From NCBI GenBank assembly GCA_951406725.2, contig OX597823.1, forward strand, positions 58,962,001 through 59,026,000: DNA of 64,000 nt, written 5' to 3'. A program made the translations under genes and the position numbers. A model generated the notes under the pieces. The model did no database searches and was not told the DNA's origin. It saw nothing but the letters and a program-made list of their open reading frames with translations. Numbering within the stretch: the stretch's first letter is position 1; the number at the start of each line of letters is the position of its first letter. Source of the stretch: Octopus vulgaris (Eukaryota). This document shows positions 57,133 to 64,000 of this stretch, one piece after another.

Positions 57133-57180
57133 AACACAACGTCTCGGCTGATATATCCTTTAGCCGTCTTCAGATGTCTT
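57133..57180 (-). ncRNA. Minimal hammerhead-like motif (GAAA>GAGA) in a Penelope-type terminal repeat (~57065-57235)
   Basis: gacat-CTGAAGA-c-GGCT aaaggatatatc AGCC-GAGA-C-GTT-gtgtt; ACGT palindrome. Confidence 0.6.
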
Positions 57181-57359
57181 GGGGAAATTTCGAACCTGGG
57201 TTCTCATTCCTAAGTTATTTTTCAATGTTATTATCATTATTATTATTATTATTGTTCAGGTCACTGCTTGGAATCAAACTCTGAATCTTGGGGTTAGTAG
57301 CCCTCACTCTTAACCACTACGCCATATGCCTATTAATTGTTACTTTTTTTGTTCTTGCA

Positions 57360-57750
57360 TTTATTGGCCCAAAAAGAATAAAAGCCAAATTTTATCATGA
57401 GAGAATTTGAGCTCAGAGAACAGAAAATCAGAACAAATAGAGCAAGTATCTAAAGTTACTAAAAAGTAAAGCCAATTTGCTGCACTATTAAGTATCTACG
57501 CCTCATTATAAAATATTATTTTCAAATTTTGATACGAGACCAGCAATTTTGGGCAAGGTTGCTTATCAACTACATCGACCGCAGTGCTCAACTGATACTT
57601 ATTTTATCAGCCCCGAAGAATAAAAGGCACAGCCGACCTCGGTAGAATTTGAACTCGGAGCACTGAAAACCAGAACAAAGATGGCAAGTTAACTAAAAAG
57701 TACACGCAAATTGCTTCACTATTAAGTGTCTACGTTTCATTATGAAATAT
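57360..57750. repeat. Diverged ~240-bp tandem duplication of a SINE D fragment plus flank
   Basis: agaatttga.ctc...cagaacaaa...actaaaaagta...cactattaagt.tctacg...cattat occurs twice. Confidence 0.7.
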
Positions 57751-58163
57751 AAAAATAGCATCTGGTTTTCTTCTTTGCAATTTTCTGTTCAATAAACTGA
57801 CAGACAGTATGATGTGTGACACAGAGCAATATCTCATGTCATATGGTGACATCAGTTTACAAGCAGTGGGAATGAAAGCACAGATTTATTAAGATATATA
57901 TATATATATAGCTTTAGTGTTATGTTCTCCGGTGTTTAAAGAAGAAGAAATGTATAAAGATCACAGACATACCGAAAATAGAATAAAGTTTATGTTGGAA
58001 CATGCTCGTGAGACCTACTAATGACAGTCAAAATGCAAGAAATATATTTGCAGTTTCTTTTCAATATGGTATATTTCTGTATACGGACATACAGACCTAT
58101 ATACCATCCTCCATTCATTCATGTATCTATCTATACATACATGCACCTATATGATATATATAT

Positions 58164-58418
58164 GCCCTATTTAACATTGTCCCGAGGGAGATCAAAGAGG
58201 AAAAGGATCCCATCAACTTTAAACAGAGTCTGGATAGATTCCTTCAAAGAATACCAGATAAGCCACCCATAATTGGATACAACTCACCCAACAAGAACTC
58301 ACTACTTGAACAAAACTTGACTTAAACAGGATTCGAATAATCCTATCAGGTGGTGCTATTAAGTTAGACATGGCCTGGACCAATCTCTGGTCGAAACATA
58401 TCTAAGTTTTATCTAAGA
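58164..58418 (+). mobile_element. CR1-group LINE 3' fragment
   Basis: ALFNIVPREIKEEKDPINFKQSLDRFLQRIPDKPPIIGYNSPNKNSLLEQNLT* (LFN..P...FK..LD.FL..IPD.P C-terminal motif) plus a 3' UTR shared with 37060. Confidence 0.8.
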
Positions 58419-58596
58419 TTTATATATATATATATACATATACATACATATATATATATATATCATATAGATACATACATGCTTAAAACAATCAGTCATT
58501 CTATTATCTATATATTTATTTAGATATCGATGTAAATGTATGTATATACATATATGTATTTGGATGTATATAAATACATAGATACAGACAGACATA

Positions 58597-58637
<41 letters not shown>

Positions 58638-59135
58638 CACACATATATATATTATATACATATACATACATACATATATATGTACATGAAGAGAGATAGA
58701 AAGTGCAGTTAAAGCGAAACTCCAACGTTGCTTTTTAAAATAAAAATATAGTAAAAAACAAACGGACTTTTCTCCTCGGTAAGAAAATGATGTACGGCGG
58801 GCGGAATAAATGAAGTCTATTTTATTAGTTACTATAGTCAATACAAAACTAGTTTCACGATTAATGTACAAACTAAATAAATCAATTTTTTAAAAAATTA
58901 ATTTTATTTAGAAGCACATTTACCGATCTTCGGTTGTATATACGATATTTGAAGAAAAAATATAATTAACTATAAAATATATTTACCTTCATTTATCCAC
59001 GTCAGTTTTTAACCCAAGGTATTCTATATATTGAAAAAAGGAAGAAAAGGAGAAGAAGCATTCTTCTTCATCCACACTGAAACACACTTTATAATCTGTC
59101 ACTGGGCCGATAGCGGTAAATTATGTGTATGTATA

Positions 59136-59219
<84 letters not shown>

Positions 59220-59264
59220 CACAATTTAGAGGACTGACCACTAAAAATGGACAGCCTGTATGCT

Positions 59265-59412
59265 AGATATAGACCTCAAAATCGCCATTTTCCACGAAGA
59301 ATGTGTTCTCAATGGCGATTTTGACGTCTATATCTCCTTAATGTAAGAGGTTTGAGGCAACACACCTCTTACAAAAAAGCACATTAAGGAGGCAATAGAC
59401 CTCTTACATTAA
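59265..59412. repeat. Two adjacent hairpins
   Basis: agatatagacctcaaaatcgccatt / aatggcgattttgacgtctatatct; ttaatgtaagaggt / acctcttacattaa. Confidence 0.8.
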
Positions 59413-60347
59413 CGACATTCAAAAGCCATTTTGAGGCAATAAACTTCATACACACGTTCTTTTAGGAATCAAAACTACAATCTTCTTGCCCGACCAGACT
59501 TCTTGCCTCAGCAAAACACCTGGACGGCTCCAAGTCGGGCCAATTTAACATATATCTGTATGTATCCTTGGGGAAGGAGTCCATTATCCTGAACAGGTCG
59601 TTCTCACTCATGGCCTTCTTAGCCACCTGCAAAGGCCAGTCAGGGTCCTCCCTTCGGCCCTTCGTTTTCAGCTTTCCAACAAAGCGCTCCACTGTCCCTC
59701 CCTTATGTCTCTTAATTACCAAACTTTTGAAAAATAAGTCAAGCCCGAAGCGTCAAAATCAATTCTGCTTTCTTAATCTCATAATAATAATTGTATATAC
59801 TATCTTTTAATTTTGATCTCTTTATAGTTAATCTTATTAAATTTTGACGCATGTATACGCATATGTGTGCGCGCGCGCGCTTGTTTACGTGTGTATCATC
59901 AAACTTCAAAGAGGCTGGTGTTTGGCTGCGTCGTATTATTTAGTAAAATTAGTAAAAAGCGTTCGGTGGACGCACCGTGAGGCGTTGAAAATCTGGCGTT
60001 ACGAACACAAATCTGCAGAGAAGAGTTAAGAGAAAAAGGGCAGCAGATTTTTACATCCTGTCAAATAAGAAAATATACACATACACGCACACTCACACGC
60101 ACAGAGGCACACGTGCGCACACACATACACATAGTCAATTCAAATAAACAAACTGTTCAAATAAACGAATAAAAATAAATGGATAACAACGGACAACATA
60201 AGGACGTGCATAAGAAATGTATTAGTTTGACGCTGGGTTTGATGAGAGAGTTTGACGTTTCGAGTATAATTCTTCGTCGGAAACGAGAAAGTGAAAAGTC
60301 CAAATAAAAGAAATCGCCAACGGCACACGTCTAGTTACTTTGTTGAA

Positions 60348-60410
<63 letters not shown>

Positions 60411-60731
60411 AGGAATGATGCATTTGGTTGCCAAGTTAAAATTTGTTCAATATATGCAGAGGAAGCACTAGCAATGAAGATAATGATTGTATTTAACGTA
60501 TTCCTAAAAAGCGGAAACCAGATGGCATTCTTCGCAGGATTTTTATACTGGGTTACGAATTTCTGTCTAAAGATTTTTGGTACACAATCTCATGAAATAT
60601 GAAACTACGTCAGCACGCTACAGAATAGTGTCGCGGTGTGGTTTCGCCTCCTCAGTAACAGACACCTTTCTGTTTCTACTTACCCACAAATAACAAGTGC
60701 ATTAAAACTTAAGCAAATAATATATATATAC

Positions 60732-60784
<53 letters not shown>

Positions 60785-62228
60785 ATAAAGATGGAAATTT
60801 ACTCACGTAGCACAACGCCTTGTTACATGTGTTTATATATATGTGTGTGTGCGTGTGTGTAAAACGGACACAACAATAAATAGCTACAACAATAACAACA
60901 ACAATAACGGTTGCAATGAGTAAGGTGGAATGAACTGTAGCGCGTTAAGTATCTTGGCTACACGACAAGATACGATTTATCGACACTAAATAGAAGTGTT
61001 TCAAACTCTAAGATGATGATAACAACGACGATGAAATTTATTATTATTTGTTTTTAATACTCCGGGGAGAAGCGGTAATACCCATGATGCTTGTCATCAC
61101 TGACACCCTGTTCATATGTATTAAGATCGAAAGTCAATTTAATGTATTAATTTACGTACTTGGACAAAGAAAAATCTCTAATAAAATTCGAATAAAATTA
61201 AAATATCATGAAAATAAGTACCTATTTATTTTGTAAAACAGAAAATTACACACACTAGACGCACACATATGAAGACTAACATGTACACACGTATGCATAC
61301 AAACACTCATATGTGTGCCTTTGGTGTATATGTGTTCATAAGTATATATACATATATATATGTATGCATGTATGCGTGTATATATATATATATATGCACA
61401 CGCACACACACATGTTTGTGTATACAGGCGTTCATACATCTATGCATGCATACATACATGCACATATATTTAAAGTACACAATACCACTCAAATACAAAC
61501 AAAAATAACCAGAACAATTAAAATACCCTGGTGGTGCTTATGCAAAAACATTAATCTACCTTAGTTGGGTATATTTATTTGATTTCATTGTCAAAGTTAT
61601 TGCATTACAAATTTATAGTATAGAATAATGGCTTCGCGAGACAAAATAATATATAATTTAGTGTTGTATATAATTGATTAAGAAAGAAGACACAAGAAAA
61701 TACTTAAAAGGAATAGAATGATAAACAATTGTACAGCAACATTGAGTTAGAGAAATTAATCGGACTGGGCAATGGGCTTGGTTTCAAGTATCTTCCGAAA
61801 TGTTCGGGTTAGAAAATAAAACTATGGAAACAATGAAAATAAAACGGAAGATATGATAGAGATTATCCTGAAAGTATGTATAGTTTAGTTTCATGTCAGC
61901 TAATAACCGTATGAAATGACTAAATGATTAGGTAATTAATTATCTAATTAAAATGTGTGTGTATGTGTGTGTTGTATTTTATGTCTTAGTACAGTTGCTT
62001 CACGGTTTGACTTAAAACTGCATTCATTAGTGGGATCCTGGTTCGTGGCTTCCAGGGTTTTGATGAGTGTGAAACCAACTCTTAGCCACTATTGTTCCCA
62101 GGTCTAAACTGATCCGGCGTAGTACCACCTATTAGAATACCGGCTATGGGTTATGTAGTATGTAACTCGCCAATTCAGAGAACGATGAAATCACGAAATG
62201 CAACATGGTGGATGTCAACTATTTCAGT

Positions 62229-63300
62229 TCGAGTGACGGCTGAAAAGTTCATAGGCTAACCAATATACTTTTATGGAATGTAACCAAATGAGGTTCATTT
62301 TTCAGCATAGTCTTCTTTGCAATTCGTATATTTCTTCCATTAGAGTTGCAGTGCCTGGATCCCATTGGTGTAGAAACTTTCATCCTGTTGGTCAAAATAT
62401 TCATCAACAGCACATATGACGCTATCGTCACTGCGATACTGGTTCCAAGCTAAGTGATTTTTTTCTTGTTAGGTAACACATGATAGTAGTCGGCTGGGGC
62501 CAAAAAGGAGAGTAGGGAGTGTGATCAATCAGTTCAAAGGCACAGTTACGTAGAGCAGCTATTGAAACCAAGAACTTGTGTGCAGTTTCCTGATGAAACA
62601 AAACCCCTTTCATCAGTTTACCTGGGCATTTGGTCTTGATAGCCTTTCGCAACTATCTCCGTATGTTGGCGTAATACTCTTCATTGATGGTGTGGCCCTT
62701 TTGAAGATAGTAAATAAATACAATACCTTTTGCATCCCTCCAAACTGTCCCTTCTCTGCAGATGAAACGATCATGGCCTCTTTTGGAACAGGTGAGGAGG
62801 GGTGTTTCTCTTGCACGGATTGTCTCTTTGTCTCTGTCTCAAAGTGATGAAACCAACACTCATCCTGTCATAGGAAACGTTGAAGATAGCCAGCTGAATC
62901 TACCTCAAACAATGTCAGATTTTCCCGTGATGTGATTAACCTGTTCAGGTGTCAGAAACCTTCGTCATGTCAAGTTCATTGTACAGAATATTCTCAACTC
63001 TTACATAGGATATGTTAATAACATTGGCATTTTTGTTAATAGTGAATCACCTGTCATCCATCAGCATGCAGTGAATACTATCAATATTTTCTTCGGTGGT
63101 GGCAGTTGCAAAGGAACCAAACCTGGGTCATCTTCAAAACTATCCCTTTCGTTCTTTCGCCTAATGTAGCAGCCATGTTAGCATGAATGTCCTTGGTGAT
63201 CGGTAAAACTCCTGAGTCAGTGGTGAATATCACGAGATGCTAAGCAGTTTACCAGACAACAAGCTGTCAACGACTAGTATCAAATAGTTCAGTTAGTGAA
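62229..63300 (-). mobile_element. Decayed mariner transposon (transposase pseudogene)
   Basis: Fragments across frames: SFEDDP...TATTEENIDSIHCMLMDDR; KHPSSPVPK...SAEK; PGKLMKGVLFHQ...FELIDHTPYSP; TIR-like cgagtgacggctgaaaagttc at 62229. Confidence 0.82.
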
Positions 63301-64000
63301 TTACTGTTATCATTTGTAGTTTTGGAGTGCACAGACGAGATATTTCAGCTAGGAAAAAAACCTATGTGACAAAAACCCAAGCCAGACGTTCATGCTGCAT
63401 TGTTCAGTCGGGGCATCTGATGTGGAAGACTTTGATTGGTCGGGAAAAGTCACGACATGGATGGATGGATGGATGGATGGTTGATTTGATGCCCTTAAAA
63501 TTGTGAACATGGAATTATCTGAACAATTTTTGATACGCACAGACTATCTTTGGATTAGTTTAACGGAAGGCAACATTGGAATATTGAATGTAAAGGGAAG
63601 TTTTCTTGTTACTTCTGTCTGAAAAGTAATGTCATTTGGAAATAATATTAAAGAACAAATTTACGTCCCAAAAATATTCCTTTTTCATCTGAAATTATAG
63701 ATTAGTGTAGTAACATGTAGTTCAATCTGTCTTTATATGCATTGCGTTTATATAATATATCTGTGAGTTTCTGCATGTGTGTGTGTGACTGTATGTATGT
63801 ATGTATGTATGTATATGGAAAAGGTGCAGGTATGTTTATTTTCCTACTGTCTCTGTGATTAAGCAAAAACAAGGTATTTTGCTTGGTGTGATCGACCAAA
63901 TATTTCAAGGTGATCCAAATGTTTCAAATATTGCTCCAGCGTGGCTGCAGTCGATTAAATGGAATCCCTCATCTTTATCAATCAAATGATCATTATCGCG

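Overview
Eukaryotic, AT-rich, microsatellite-saturated DNA. The SINE families and repeat landscape suggest an octopod cephalopod; this is inference from recognition, not a search. Almost all ORF-track entries are microsatellite translations. The real protein-coding remnants belong to transposons: a young 5'-truncated R4/Dong-type REL-endonuclease LINE inside an (AAT)n array (40688-41704) plus shorter relatives, a Penelope-like (Neptune-type) GIY-YIG fragment, a Tc1 transposase with DD36E spacing, mariner remnants and CR1-like 3' ends. At least four tRNA-derived SINE families, two Helitron-like elements and several fold-back/MITE elements are also present. The most striking signal is a set of small non-coding units (~350 bp and ~480 bp) carrying minimal type I hammerhead ribozymes with self-complementary stem III loops. 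They are circularly permuted and arranged as divergent inverted pairs next to microsatellites (19279-20171, 21126-21898, 37278-37850), and about seven more degenerate hammerhead-like motifs occur across the window. This looks like a Penelope-associated non-LTR retrozyme/circRNA system. A cluster of phase-compatible putative alternative terminal exons (4956-5810 and 12944-13024) may be the 3' end of an unidentified host gene.
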